From a virus, in the IMG/VR virus record IMGVR_UViG_3300021197_001995, positions 95,042 to 159,041 of that record: a stretch of DNA of 64,000 nt; one strand, given 5' to 3'. Both the position numbers and the translations under genes were made by a program. How positions within the stretch are numbered: position 1 is the stretch's first letter; every line of letters begins with the position of its first letter. Below the pieces are notes generated by a model. That model searched no databases. It was given only the letters and a program-made list of their open reading frames with translations, and was not told where the DNA came from. Shown piece by piece: positions 10,139 to 20,422 of this stretch.

Positions 10139-10414
10139 ATGAGTATTAACAGTAACCAAAAGAAATCAACAAAAGAAGAGCACCTCGCGAACTACATCAA
10201 GACGTTTGTAGCGCTTGAGGATGCGATGGAACCATTCAAGGAGCAGAGGAAAGATTTGCGCGAGTCCTACTCTGAGAACGGATGGCTCTCTAAAGAAGAC
10301 ATGCGACTGGCAGTCAAAGCCTATCGACTATACAAGTCAGAGACCGACATGGAGATCTTGACAGATTATGTAAACAAGTGTCAACGATCTATGGGGAGGT
10401 TCCCTGGTGCCTGA
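10139..10414 (+). CDS. small dsDNA-binding protein, GapR/DUF2312 or T4 DsbA-like
   Basis: Helical pattern 'L..YIK....LE.......EQRKDL...Y..NG.LSKEDMRLAVK'. Confidence 0.5.
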   Translation: MSINSNQKKSTKEEHLANYIKTFVALEDAMEPFKEQRKDLRESYSENGWLSKEDMRLAVKAYRLYKSETDMEILTDYVNKCQRSMGRFPGA

Positions 10415-10727
10415 TCTATCTTTATTAAAACCGGTCAACAGGCATTTGTTGATCGTCCCGCACGTGAAGAAAAACGAAACAAGCTCGGGAGTGCTTCTTC
10501 CTGAGGATTTCAAGCCCGCGGAAGATAGTTATATAGAAGCAACTGTGATAGACATCGCACAGGACTGTGATAAACAGTTCAGACACTTAAGTCATGGTAG
10601 TATTGATGACAACAAGATAGTTGTAGACAGAACAATGATTCAGGAGATAAAGATTAAAGGCAGCACTCATCACATAATTTTAGAAAATTATGTTGTAGGG
10701 ATTTATCGGAGGTCGGATGCGCGTTGA
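10407..10727 (+). CDS. groES: GroES-like co-chaperonin
   Basis: LKPVNRHLLIV...ETSSGVLLP...ATVIDI...IILENYVVG. Confidence 0.8.
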   Translation: MPDLSLLKPVNRHLLIVPHVKKNETSSGVLLPEDFKPAEDSYIEATVIDIAQDCDKQFRHLSHGSIDDNKIVVDRTMIQEIKIKGSTHHIILENYVVGIYRRSDAR

Positions 10728-11418
10728 GTTATTCGGAGACGGGATAGGTGCGGTTGAGTACATTTCACATATGGGTTCAGATCTCTCGGTTGTTAATGCA
10801 GCAAGGGTATCTTTCGGCTCGGAAAAAGAAGAAGTAGATGAAAAGGACATCAAACTTATCAACTACCTTATGGACCATAATCATAGCTCTCCTTTTGAGC
10901 ATTGTGCTGTCACATTTAGGTTCACGGTTCCTCTCTTCATACGTAGCCAACACCATCGCCACAGGACATGGGCCTATAATGAGATTAGCAGAAGGTATAC
11001 TTCCGTGGACATCAACTTCTATGAGCCGAAAAAATTCAGACAGCAACACGCTAGTAATAGGCAGGCTAGCACTGATGACTTGATCAATCCCACGCTTGAT
11101 TCTTCCTATCTAGACTATGGATATGAGGTCGCCGCCACCGCAGTCAAAACACATAATACTAGAAGCGTTTCGTTATATGGTGCACTGATAGCGTCCGGCG
11201 TATGCCGCGAGCAAGCCCGCGGCGTACTGCCTCAAAACCTCTACACGCAGTATTACGGAACGGTAAACCTTCACAACCTTTTGAAGTTTATTTCCCTGCG
11301 CAGCCACCAGGGAGCGCAGTGGGAAATACAGCAGGTAGCTGCAGCCTGTTTATCTATTGTGAAAGACAAGTTTCCAGAATCAGTGTCTGCCTATAAAAAA
11401 TACAAGATGGGCACCTGA
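10717..11418 (+). CDS. thyX: flavin-dependent thymidylate synthase
   Basis: HSSPFEH, RHRTWAYNEISRRY (RHRx7SxR), REQARGVLP, AQWEI. Confidence 0.96.
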   Translation: MRVELFGDGIGAVEYISHMGSDLSVVNAARVSFGSEKEEVDEKDIKLINYLMDHNHSSPFEHCAVTFRFTVPLFIRSQHHRHRTWAYNEISRRYTSVDINFYEPKKFRQQHASNRQASTDDLINPTLDSSYLDYGYEVAATAVKTHNTRSVSLYGALIASGVCREQARGVLPQNLYTQYYGTVNLHNLLKFISLRSHQGAQWEIQQVAAACLSIVKDKFPESVSAYKKYKMGT

Positions 11419-11448
11419 TGAACCTGAACAAGTACTGAGGAGAACACC

Positions 11449-13668
11449 ATGAGACTTATCACTATTCTATTACTATTGGCAGGGTGCACAGATGTCGTAT
11501 CTATGTCACCAGACCAGGGCTTTAGGGCCCTCGCTAGCGACGCTATTGTTCGCGATGTGCACATATTAGACTGGCAACCACCACCGCCCACCACACCACC
11601 ACTGACCAGAGAAGAAAGGTGCGCACAGACACCAATGCAGGAGTCACAGGCTTATTGTCAGTGTTACCCGCAGTGTTGTGATTCTCAAAGGTGGTACTGT
11701 CCCCCGAACCCACAACAAACAATTGACGTGATGCAGGTAGTGGTTGAGGTGTGTGACGACGATAAAAGCCCTTGCGTTTATGGTCCCGATCCCGATTGTC
11801 CACCTCCTGAAATAATCTCTCAGAGTGAATGTTATACCCAGTGGGAATGTCCTCCTGGGACAAGTGGGGAATTTATTAGGTGGTTTGAGTGTCAACTTGA
11901 GGACGGAACATTGGGGAGGCAACAAATTATCTGCGATAAAGGAAACTTGCAACATCTCCCTTGTAGACCGTGTGATCCTGAGGTTTGCGACAATTTGGAC
12001 AACGACTGTGACACCCTTGTAGATGAAGGCTTCTTTCCCTGTGAAACTACGTGCGGAGAGGGGGTGGGTGTCTGTATAGAAGGGAACGTGGAAGATTGCA
12101 CTGCTGAATTACCTGGAGAGGAAAGGTGTAACTATGAAGACGACGATTGCGACGGAGAAGTTGATGAAGGTCAACGTAATGTCTGCAATGAATGCGGCGC
12201 CGTGCCATCCGATACGTGTGACGGAGAAGATAACGATTGCGACGGCGCTACAGACGAAGAGCTAATTCGTGAGTGCGAAACTGCATGCGAACGTGGTCTT
12301 GAAGTCTGCGAAGAGGGCAATTGGATATCTTGCACAGCGGTCCAGCCGTCTGCAGAAGAGTGCGATGGTGCCGACAACGATTGCGACGGACAAATAGATG
12401 AGCAGCTTAATTGTCTGTGTGACATCAGCGACGTCGGCAACCTGATGCCTTGTAACGAGCCTCCCCTGCTGTGCGGCCAGGGCTTTAAAACCTGTGAATG
12501 CATAGATCCGGGTTGTCAAGAGATGAGATTAACAGATTGCGCTTCTCTGTGTACATACGTGCCCCTCCCAGAGCCACCAGTTTGTGATCCCCTTAGGGGC
12601 ATAGCTTTAGAAAGAGAGGAGTGCAATAATTTTGATGAGGACTGCGATCAGGTGATAGACGAAAATCTAGCGCAAGCATGCTATACAGGTCCCCCGGACA
12701 CTCTCCTAGTGGGCGTATGTCTCCCCGGGGAAGTTTTTTGTCACCAAGGTGCATGGGGAAACAATCGCGCCAACCAGTTCGAACCCGGATTGTGCACTGG
12801 GGAAATAACCCCTAGTGAAGAGATTTGTGACGGCGCCGATAATGATTGTGACGGAATAGTTGACTACGGAGAGGAAATAAGAGACACAGATATCTTATTC
12901 ATCGTGGACTGGTCCGGATCCATGGATCAAGAGATAGAGGCCGTTAGAACGGCACTTAATCGATTCGCCGCACAGTTTTCAGCAGAACAACAGCTTCAAT
13001 GGGGCCTGATCGTTGGCCCAAAAGAGTTTAGAGGCACGCAGGATGAAATGCTGGTACTTGTGTCTGACATTTCCCCTTTTGAAAACTTTCTGAGATCGTT
13101 CGCCGCATTAGGTATGGAGGGCATGGACACAGGAAACGAAATGCTCCTAGACGCTATCTATTTAGCAGTGAGAAACATTTCAGCTAGAGCCAACGTAGAT
13201 TTGGCCTCGACAGTGTGGTGGAGAAACACCGGGTCGATACCGCCGAAGGGTATCTTCGACATTACGTGGAGAGCAAACACTGACCGCGTCGTGGTTGTAT
13301 TTTCAGATGAAGAAGAGCAATCTTTCTTGCGAGACATTAACGACCCGGAAGGGCCGGCGCGCCCTATAGATAGGGGAGTGGTAGCGGAAGCGGTAAGACT
13401 CACTCCGAGTTTGAAATTTTATGCATTCGCGCCTGTGCCCATCTTCGGAAACCTGCGCCAACAGTGGGAAGATCTAACATTAGCGGGTAATGGCACTGTC
13501 TTTGAGCTGACAACTAGCCCAGCTAGCATGTACAACGACCTGATGTCGATTATCGACGAAGCGTGCCTACCTAGGGCTAATTCCCGGGCATCCACTACGA
13601 AGAGTAATTATTCGCTCGCTTCCCACTCTCACCATCGGTACGATTATAGACTTGGTCTATGCTATTAA
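11449..13668 (+). CDS. lipoprotein with Cys-rich (E.C.G.DNDCDG..DE) repeats and C-terminal vWA domain
   Basis: Lipobox LLLAGC; about six 'E.CDG.DNDCDG..DE' repeats of the type common in myxobacterial surface proteins; vWA MIDAS DWSGS and FSDE. Confidence 0.8.
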   Translation: MRLITILLLLAGCTDVVSMSPDQGFRALASDAIVRDVHILDWQPPPPTTPPLTREERCAQTPMQESQAYCQCYPQCCDSQRWYCPPNPQQTIDVMQVVVEVCDDDKSPCVYGPDPDCPPPEIISQSECYTQWECPPGTSGEFIRWFECQLEDGTLGRQQIICDKGNLQHLPCRPCDPEVCDNLDNDCDTLVDEGFFPCETTCGEGVGVCIEGNVEDCTAELPGEERCNYEDDDCDGEVDEGQRNVCNECGAVPSDTCDGEDNDCDGATDEELIRECETACERGLEVCEEGNWISCTAVQPSAEECDGADNDCDGQIDEQLNCLCDISDVGNLMPCNEPPLLCGQGFKTCECIDPGCQEMRLTDCASLCTYVPLPEPPVCDPLRGIALEREECNNFDEDCDQVIDENLAQACYTGPPDTLLVGVCLPGEVFCHQGAWGNNRANQFEPGLCTGEITPSEEICDGADNDCDGIVDYGEEIRDTDILFIVDWSGSMDQEIEAVRTALNRFAAQFSAEQQLQWGLIVGPKEFRGTQDEMLVLVSDISPFENFLRSFAALGMEGMDTGNEMLLDAIYLAVRNISARANVDLASTVWWRNTGSIPPKGIFDITWRANTDRVVVVFSDEEEQSFLRDINDPEGPARPIDRGVVAEAVRLTPSLKFYAFAPVPIFGNLRQQWEDLTLAGNGTVFELTTSPASMYNDLMSIIDEACLPRANSRASTTKSNYSLASHSHHRYDYRLGLCY

Positions 13669-14447
13669 AAAACCTAGTAATAGGAAACAGTGTAGAATCT
13701 GCAACGTACGCCTTTCTTAACGGTTATTATTTCTTGCATTCGTCAGGAAACAACCCTCTGTTTTTCGAGCCAGTGGGTTTTAAATTTTTAGGAAGCGAGA
13801 GGAAGGACTACACCTGGAGTAGATTGCAAACTTTTCTAGCTTTCCACGGCCTGTTATTAAATTATGAGAATATTTCAACTATAAGAATAAGAGATAACGA
13901 GGTAAAAGTAGTTTCAGATTCAGGCCTAGTCAGGTATGATTTCGGAATGTGCGAAATTTTTGATACAACAGGTATTGACCTGGAGAATGAAGTAACGAAG
14001 GCTTTGTCCCCTGTGTTCGTAGTTTACGACGACTTTGAGCTTGCGAATTTAGGAGGTAAACACTCCTACTTGGAGCCGAAGATTTCGAGAGGGTCACTTG
14101 CATGCCAAATACATTACTACACTTCCAGCCGCGTCGACGGAGCCCACTATGTAACAGATTGTGTTTCGGTATCAAACCTCACAAGAGAGCAATTATCTGA
14201 CTTCGAATATTCAGACTCTATGGCCAGATTTGCAGTCGAAAGGCACTTGACTTCTATAGGAATCCATGGTAATTTTATGGAGTACTACAAAAATGGTAGC
14301 CCGAAATACCGAAAACCAAAAGTTGTCCACAAAAAGAGGACGATCAGAAAGGAAGACATGTCCGAATACAAAGACTCTGAAAGTGTAAAATTTTTAACTT
14401 TGGAATTGGAAGGTATCTTTGATGATTTCTGCACTACAAGGTCGTAA
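13659..14447 (+). CDS. hypothetical protein (degenerate Rossmann-like N-terminus)
   Basis: 262 aa ORF overlapping both neighbours; starts NLVIGNS. Confidence 0.6.
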   Translation: MLLKNLVIGNSVESATYAFLNGYYFLHSSGNNPLFFEPVGFKFLGSERKDYTWSRLQTFLAFHGLLLNYENISTIRIRDNEVKVVSDSGLVRYDFGMCEIFDTTGIDLENEVTKALSPVFVVYDDFELANLGGKHSYLEPKISRGSLACQIHYYTSSRVDGAHYVTDCVSVSNLTREQLSDFEYSDSMARFAVERHLTSIGIHGNFMEYYKNGSPKYRKPKVVHKKRTIRKEDMSEYKDSESVKFLTLELEGIFDDFCTTRS

Positions 14448-15288
14448 TGTCGCAGGTGTCATACCTTTGGCTGGCTGGAGTAACACTTTCGATCTACCAT
14501 GGCCTGATTATCTACAGCCCCTCAGAGAAGGGTTCCTAGCCGTAGAGAGATCCGTATATGAATGTGCTTATGCCGGTTGCGACAGTATTTGGATAGTATG
14601 CAACGATGACGTAGCTCCACTGGTGAAGCAAAGGATAGGCGATTATGTTATGTCACCCCGGTACTTCGAAGAGAAAGACTTTGTAAAGAGAAGAGATTAT
14701 CATGAAAAGTGGATCCCTGTTTATTACACTCCCATTTCCCAGAAAGATAGAGACCGGAGAGATTCGCTAGGTTGGTCAATATTACACGGAGCGTTAACGT
14801 CTTTCATGATCTCAGACAAGATGAGCAGATGGGTAACACCTACAAAATACTTCGTGTCTTTTCCTTATGGGGTCTACCACCCGGGATTCATAAGGGATCA
14901 TAGGGATGCCATCCGAGGCCCAAATTCTTTCTTTCTTTCTCACGGCGGGCAGACAGTCAGAGACAACAAGTACCTGGCGTTTACATTCTTCCCGGAAGAT
15001 TGGCCGAAGTTTAAGTGGAACATTAAAAATCAGTGCACCGGAGGAGACAAGTCAATACCGTTCCAAGAAAGGTGGTCGAGTCGTCATTTTTCTCTTGACA
15101 AAATCTTCTCACTTAGTGTAATATCAATGGACAAGGTTGAAGAAGTGGAAGAGTACTACGACCTTGAATCTTGGCAGTCGTTACAGGAATACTACGCCTC
15201 AGAACTCAAGATACCAAGACCCACAAAGGGGTTTATGAAACCATACATCCTTAAAAGCGAGACAGAAAATGACAACGAAATACTTTGA
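14419..15288 (+). CDS. nucleotidyltransferase / GT-A fold-like protein
   Basis: N-terminal VAGVIPLAG...P..L.P......VERSVYE...AGCDSIWIV, typical of the NTP-transferase fold. Confidence 0.55.
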   Translation: MMISALQGRNVAGVIPLAGWSNTFDLPWPDYLQPLREGFLAVERSVYECAYAGCDSIWIVCNDDVAPLVKQRIGDYVMSPRYFEEKDFVKRRDYHEKWIPVYYTPISQKDRDRRDSLGWSILHGALTSFMISDKMSRWVTPTKYFVSFPYGVYHPGFIRDHRDAIRGPNSFFLSHGGQTVRDNKYLAFTFFPEDWPKFKWNIKNQCTGGDKSIPFQERWSSRHFSLDKIFSLSVISMDKVEEVEEYYDLESWQSLQEYYASELKIPRPTKGFMKPYILKSETENDNEIL

Positions 15289-15472
15289 AGCAGCATATAA
15301 CAGAATACCATACGACACAAAGCAAGAAATAGGTTTTCCTGATGCATTTATCTTCTTGACAAGAGAGCAAGAAAGGTTTATAATGGAACTGTTCCAAGAT
15401 GAGAGAGACACAATAAAGAAAGAACTTCTAGAAACAATAGAAGAAATGAAAGGTTTAATTAATGAACTCTAG
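15269..15472 (+). CDS. hypothetical protein
   Basis: 67 aa ORF overlapping both neighbours. Confidence 0.6.
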   Translation: MTTKYFEAAYNRIPYDTKQEIGFPDAFIFLTREQERFIMELFQDERDTIKKELLETIEEMKGLINEL

Positions 15473-18400
15473 GAAAGAAAGCTCAATACCATTTGTAGGG
15501 CTACACGCACATTCGGTCGCAGGATCGCCATTCGACGCACTTGGATATCCACAAGAGCATATGGACTTTGCTTATGAAAACGGCATGGATGCATTGGCAT
15601 TGACTGATCATGGCAACGCCAACGGCCTAGCTTATCAGGTTTTGCATGCAAAAAAGATGCAGAAAGAAGGAAAAGAGTTCAAGCCGATCTTCGGCTGTGA
15701 AGCATATTTCATCCCCTCCGTCGCAAAGTGGAAGGAAGAATACGAAACTATCAGAAGCGCCGCAAAGAAAAAGTCCGAGTACGAGGCTGACAATTCTGGC
15801 ACTACGGTCGAGGATGAAGCATCATCAAAGAAGAAGATCAAGTCGAGCCTCAACAGAAGAAGGCACTTGATACTTCTAGCCATGAACCAGACCGGTCTGC
15901 AAAACATTTTCAAAATGATTTCACAGTCCTACGCTGGTGACAACTTCTATCGATATCCCCGCGTAGATTATGCTATGCTCAAGAAACATGGCGAAGGTGT
16001 CATTGCGGCATCTGCTTGCCTTGGGGGTGTCTATGCTGGAAACTACTGGGAAAACCGAGACACTGGGCCTGATGCAATCTTGTCCTCCATGCGAAAGACA
16101 ACTCAAAAGATGCAGTCCATCTTTGGCGACCGCTGGTACGGAGAGCTTCAATGGAATAATGTTCCAGAGCAGCACGACTTGAATCAATATATTATTCAGA
16201 TGCACCAAGAATTCGGCATCGAGCTTATCTCAACGGCCGACTCCCATTATTACAACGCAGACGTGTGGAAAGACCGAGAGCTATACAAGCGCCTCGGCTG
16301 GCTCGGAAAAGGAAGGCCCGACTATCTGTCAGAAGAGCTGCCCCTATCCGTCGAAGAGGTAGGGTATGAACTTTACCCGAAGAACGGAGATCAAATGTGG
16401 GAATCTTACGTGAAGTATTCCAAGGAGTGTGGAGTCGAATATGATGATAAAATCATAAAAGACTCTATCACTAGGACACATCAAATAGCTCACGATAGAA
16501 TCGAGAAATTCCTACCAGATAACAAGGTTAGGCTCCCCGACTTCGTCGTACCAGAGGGTTCTACTGCTGGCCAAACTCTCGCAGCTTTGTGTGTCGAAGG
16601 CCTCCGATCTCTAGGATTACAAAGCAATCAGGATTATGTAGATAGGTTGAAACACGAAGTTGGCGTTATCGAGGAGCGAGGCTTCTCCAAGTACTTCCTG
16701 ACGATGAAGTCTATTGCTGACGTAGCTGTGGACAGGCAACTAGTTGGTGCAGGGCGCGGCTCTGCAGCAGGATCTTTAGTGGCATATGTTCTGAACATTA
16801 CCCAGGTTGACCCCATCAAGTATGGACTCCAATTCGAGAGGTTTTTGACCAAGGGCGGCGCGGGATATCCAGACATCGATTATGACGTATCTGACCCGAT
16901 GGTACTTAAAGAGGTCTTGATTGATCAATGGGGTGACAACTCTGTCGTGCCGATTACAAACTGGAACACGCTTCAGTTGCGGTCACTCATCAAGGACATC
17001 TCGAAATTCTACGGAATCGAGTTCACGGAGGCGAACAACGTCACTAGTAAAATGGTTTATGAGGCGACTCCTCGGGCTAAAGCAAAACACGGAATCACTT
17101 CCGGAGTATACGCCCCTACGTTTGAAGAGCTAGTGGAGTACTCCGAGTCTCTTCAAGCGTTTCTAGAGAAATACCCACACATCAGAACTCACATTGAGAA
17201 ACTGTATGGCCAGACACGCTCAGCCTCTCGCCATGCTGGTGGTGTTGTTGTAGGTGAGAACCTAGATCAGTGGATGCCGCTTATCAACTCAGGAGGAGTT
17301 CGACAAACACCTTGGTCCGAGGGTATGAACGTAAGACACCTTGAGCCCATGGGTTTCATCAAGTTTGACATTCTTGGCCTCGCTTCACTTCGTATGCTGG
17401 AGGGTGCTATCGAGCGTATCCTCAAACGGCATCACGGAATGGAGAACCCTACATTCGCAGACGTCAAAGACTTCTACAACAAGAATCTACATCCAGAGAA
17501 GATTGACCTGGATGACAGAGAGGTTTGGGAGAACGTCTTCCACAAAGGTAAGTGGGCAGGCATCTTCCAGTTCACAGAGGCAGGTGCTCAATCGTTCTGT
17601 AAGAACGCTAAGCCAGATAACATCATTGACTTGTCGGCCATCACATCTATCTATCGACCAGGCCCACTAGGTGCGGGAGTAGATAGAAAATACATTGGAG
17701 CGAAGTCGAACCCCGAGGATGTGGAGTATGTCAACAAGCATGTGAGAGAAGTGACGGAAGAGACATACGGCTTCCTTATTTTTCAGGAACAGATTGCAAT
17801 GCTGGCTCACAAACTAGGCAAGGACCTGTCCCTGGATGAAGGTAATAAGCTTAGAAAACTACTTACTAAGAAGGGTACTGGTGAAGTCCAGGCTCAGAAA
17901 GACAAAATCTTTGACAAGTTCAAGCGCGGATGCTTAGAGAAAGGAATGAAAGATTATGAAGCTAGAGAACTATGGGAAACATTTGAATACTTTTCCGGCT
18001 ACGGCTTTAATAAGTCTCACGCTGTATCCTACTGTGTGCTCTCTTATCAGTGTGCTTATCTTCTTAACTACTATCCATCAGAATGGCTAGCCGCCTTCTT
18101 GGATAAAGAGCCGGAGACAAGAAAAGAAAGAGCAATCGCAACAGCAAAGTCGCTGGGATATAACGTGGAACAACTCAATGTGAACACGTCAGGAGTCGGC
18201 TGGGAAATCAGCGATGATGGCAAGACTCTGATTCAGCCCCTGTCCTCTATCAAGGGTCTGGGCATCAAGGCTATTGAACAAATCATTGAGAACAGGCCGT
18301 TCAATACTATTGAGGAGTTCTTGTTCCATGAGAAGATTACTTATTCTAAACTAAACAAGAAGTCTATCTCGGCTCTGTGTCTTTCCCAGGCGCTAAATAC

Positions 18401-18896
18401 CTTGATGGATGACAGGTTTTCAGGTATGAAGCACTTTTTCAACGCAGTTGCCGAAGACCGCCCACGAAAAGAGAAGAAACTTTTAGAAAACATAGAACTA
18501 TATGAGCCAGAAGGTGACTTCTCGGAGGAGGAGAAGCTAGAATACTTGGTAAATCTTACGGGTGTGTTTCCAATCAACGCAGTGGTGACACCCAGGGTTA
18601 GACAAAAACTAGACGAACTTTATGTGCCCCCTATCTCAGAATATGATCCCGAACTTGGTGTGACTTGGTTTATCCCTCGGGAGTGCAAGCTCAAGAAATC
18701 AAAGAACGGAAAGAACTTCTATGTTGTGAAGGTAATCGACGACAACAACGAGATGACTGTGATTCGGTGTTGGGGTGTCGACCCAGAGAGAGACATTGTG
18801 CACATCAACAGGCCATACATGGCAAGACTAAATTACAATCAGCAGTGGGGATTCTCCACTTTCAGTATGAGAAAAATGTTCAAGTTATTAGCATGA
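15462..18896 (+). CDS. dnaE: DNA polymerase III alpha subunit with PHP domain
   Basis: LHAHS, TDHG, GCE, SAC, TADSH (PHP); GRGSAAGS; FERFL; PDIDYD; KFDILGL; GYGFNKSHA. Confidence 0.97.
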   Translation: MNSRKESSIPFVGLHAHSVAGSPFDALGYPQEHMDFAYENGMDALALTDHGNANGLAYQVLHAKKMQKEGKEFKPIFGCEAYFIPSVAKWKEEYETIRSAAKKKSEYEADNSGTTVEDEASSKKKIKSSLNRRRHLILLAMNQTGLQNIFKMISQSYAGDNFYRYPRVDYAMLKKHGEGVIAASACLGGVYAGNYWENRDTGPDAILSSMRKTTQKMQSIFGDRWYGELQWNNVPEQHDLNQYIIQMHQEFGIELISTADSHYYNADVWKDRELYKRLGWLGKGRPDYLSEELPLSVEEVGYELYPKNGDQMWESYVKYSKECGVEYDDKIIKDSITRTHQIAHDRIEKFLPDNKVRLPDFVVPEGSTAGQTLAALCVEGLRSLGLQSNQDYVDRLKHEVGVIEERGFSKYFLTMKSIADVAVDRQLVGAGRGSAAGSLVAYVLNITQVDPIKYGLQFERFLTKGGAGYPDIDYDVSDPMVLKEVLIDQWGDNSVVPITNWNTLQLRSLIKDISKFYGIEFTEANNVTSKMVYEATPRAKAKHGITSGVYAPTFEELVEYSESLQAFLEKYPHIRTHIEKLYGQTRSASRHAGGVVVGENLDQWMPLINSGGVRQTPWSEGMNVRHLEPMGFIKFDILGLASLRMLEGAIERILKRHHGMENPTFADVKDFYNKNLHPEKIDLDDREVWENVFHKGKWAGIFQFTEAGAQSFCKNAKPDNIIDLSAITSIYRPGPLGAGVDRKYIGAKSNPEDVEYVNKHVREVTEETYGFLIFQEQIAMLAHKLGKDLSLDEGNKLRKLLTKKGTGEVQAQKDKIFDKFKRGCLEKGMKDYEARELWETFEYFSGYGFNKSHAVSYCVLSYQCAYLLNYYPSEWLAAFLDKEPETRKERAIATAKSLGYNVEQLNVNTSGVGWEISDDGKTLIQPLSSIKGLGIKAIEQIIENRPFNTIEEFLFHEKITYSKLNKKSISALCLSQALNTLMDDRFSGMKHFFNAVAEDRPRKEKKLLENIELYEPEGDFSEEEKLEYLVNLTGVFPINAVVTPRVRQKLDELYVPPISEYDPELGVTWFIPRECKLKKSKNGKNFYVVKVIDDNNEMTVIRCWGVDPERDIVHINRPYMARLNYNQQWGFSTFSMRKMFKLLA

Positions 18897-18906
18897 GGAG
18901 GAATAG

Positions 18907-19086
18907 GTGAACAATTACACAATTAAGATACACAATGAAAAAGAAGACCTGTGGAAGGAGAGAGTGGTAGAAAAACTCACATTTCCAGAGGCAGCCATGG
19001 AAGCTTACAATACGCGGAGCAAGTTAGGCTATGCGTGGAAAGTAGTCAGTATTTGTAAAAACGAAAAGGAGAAGGAAAATGTCTAG
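18907..19086 (+). CDS. hypothetical protein (59 aa, not in ORF track)
   Basis: GTG start after GAGGAGG; open to the TAG at 19084-19086; fills the gap exactly. Confidence 0.6.
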   Translation: MNNYTIKIHNEKEDLWKERVVEKLTFPEAAMEAYNTRSKLGYAWKVVSICKNEKEKENV

Positions 19087-19726
19087 ACTAGCAGGTTTAT
19101 GTGCCAGGATGACCGTTGACCATTACAGGGAGACCTTAATAAACAAGGGGTACAAATTTTTTGAGAAGGGGGATTATAACCTCAACATTATCGGAGTTAG
19201 GAACGATTCCGGAAGCGCTAGCAAGTTCGACGACTTGATTAACGTCTTTTATAAAATTGATGGAGAATGGGTAGTAGACACTTATCCTGCCACCACAGAA
19301 CCAGGAACAAGAATCTTAAACAGACCGATCAATGATAAGGGTACTGCCATTTTGGTACCGGATCAATATCGCTCAACTTACAAAATCGACATCCACGGAG
19401 GAAAGAGAAAATATACTGCATTATGCCAGCGCGCCGGAAAAGTCAAAGTCTGGCGCGATGACAACCGCGATTCGACACCGGATTACGTTGGACCCGAAGA
19501 TGAAGGCATGTACGGGATCAACATTCACAGACAGTTTGGCTCTGACGAGAGAGAATATACAGGAGGAGTCTCCGCAGGTTGTCAGGTCTTTCAAAGTTCT
19601 GTAGACTTCTATGAATTCATGCATACTTGCAACATCTCCGCGGACAAGTGGAGCAACAAATTTACTTACACTCTGATTGAAGAGAAAGACTTAAAAACTA
19701 AGGGGGTTAATTATGACATCGTTTGA
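19079..19726 (+). CDS. YkuD / L,D-transpeptidase-fold cell-wall enzyme (possible endolysin)
   Basis: GINIH-x14-SAGC matches the YkuD H...S.GC catalytic motif. Confidence 0.6.
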   Translation: MSRLAGLCARMTVDHYRETLINKGYKFFEKGDYNLNIIGVRNDSGSASKFDDLINVFYKIDGEWVVDTYPATTEPGTRILNRPINDKGTAILVPDQYRSTYKIDIHGGKRKYTALCQRAGKVKVWRDDNRDSTPDYVGPEDEGMYGINIHRQFGSDEREYTGGVSAGCQVFQSSVDFYEFMHTCNISADKWSNKFTYTLIEEKDLKTKGVNYDIV

Positions 19727-20174
19727 AAGTGTAAAAGTTTATCGTACCAGGCCAATCGCTAAGCTGCCACAAAGGGCCCATGGTACTGACGCAGGAATGG
19801 ATTTCTTCTTCGCGCCGACCGAGGGAGCAGCCACCAGGATCAAGCCGGGCCAGAGTGTACTTTTGGAAACCGGAATCAAAATGCAGGTGCCTCCAGGGTG
19901 CATGCTTCAGATTATGAATAAATCAGGCATCGCAAGCAAGAAACACTTGATTACTGGTGCTTGTGTGGTTGACGAAGGTTACGACGGCGAAATTTTTGTT
20001 AATCTTCACAACGTAGGTAACGACGTCGAGTACATCGAACTTGGCCAAAAAATAGCCCAGGGAGTTTTCGTGAGAATTGAAAAACCAACTCTTACTCTCA
20101 TAGAAGAGGACAGCATCTACGATGGTTCTACTGACCGCGGCGATGGAGCACTCGGATCAACAGGAGACACATAA
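19713..20174 (+). CDS. dut: dUTPase (trimeric)
   Basis: DAGMD, KSG, VVDEGYDGEI, IAQG, RGDGALGSTG. Confidence 0.95.
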   Translation: MTSFESVKVYRTRPIAKLPQRAHGTDAGMDFFFAPTEGAATRIKPGQSVLLETGIKMQVPPGCMLQIMNKSGIASKKHLITGACVVDEGYDGEIFVNLHNVGNDVEYIELGQKIAQGVFVRIEKPTLTLIEEDSIYDGSTDRGDGALGSTGDT

Positions 20175-20422
20175 TGGGATTTGGAAGAAAGATTAAGAGA
20201 AAACAGATGTTAGTCGCAAGGAAACAATTTATGAAAAGCTTCAAGTCCAGTATGAGCAATTTCAAGAAGCAGATCAAGTGCACGGCCTGCGACCGCCCAC
20301 CAGAACCGGAAGAGAAGATAGATAATTGGCACATAAATAAAGAGTCAGAAAACATTGACTTAATATGTACGACCTGTTATAATGAAGGTGAATCAAAAAA
20401 GGAAAGTGATAATGAAAATTAG
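20174..20422 (+). CDS. hypothetical Zn-finger protein
   Basis: CTAC...CTTC. Confidence 0.6.
   Translation: MGFGRKIKRKQMLVARKQFMKSFKSSMSNFKKQIKCTACDRPPEPEEKIDNWHINKESENIDLICTTCYNEGESKKESDNEN

Noticed and set aside
8214-18896. Inteins or introns in nrdJ, thyX or dnaE
   Set aside because: Lengths are normal, motifs are contiguous, and no intein splice motifs or homing endonuclease domains were seen.
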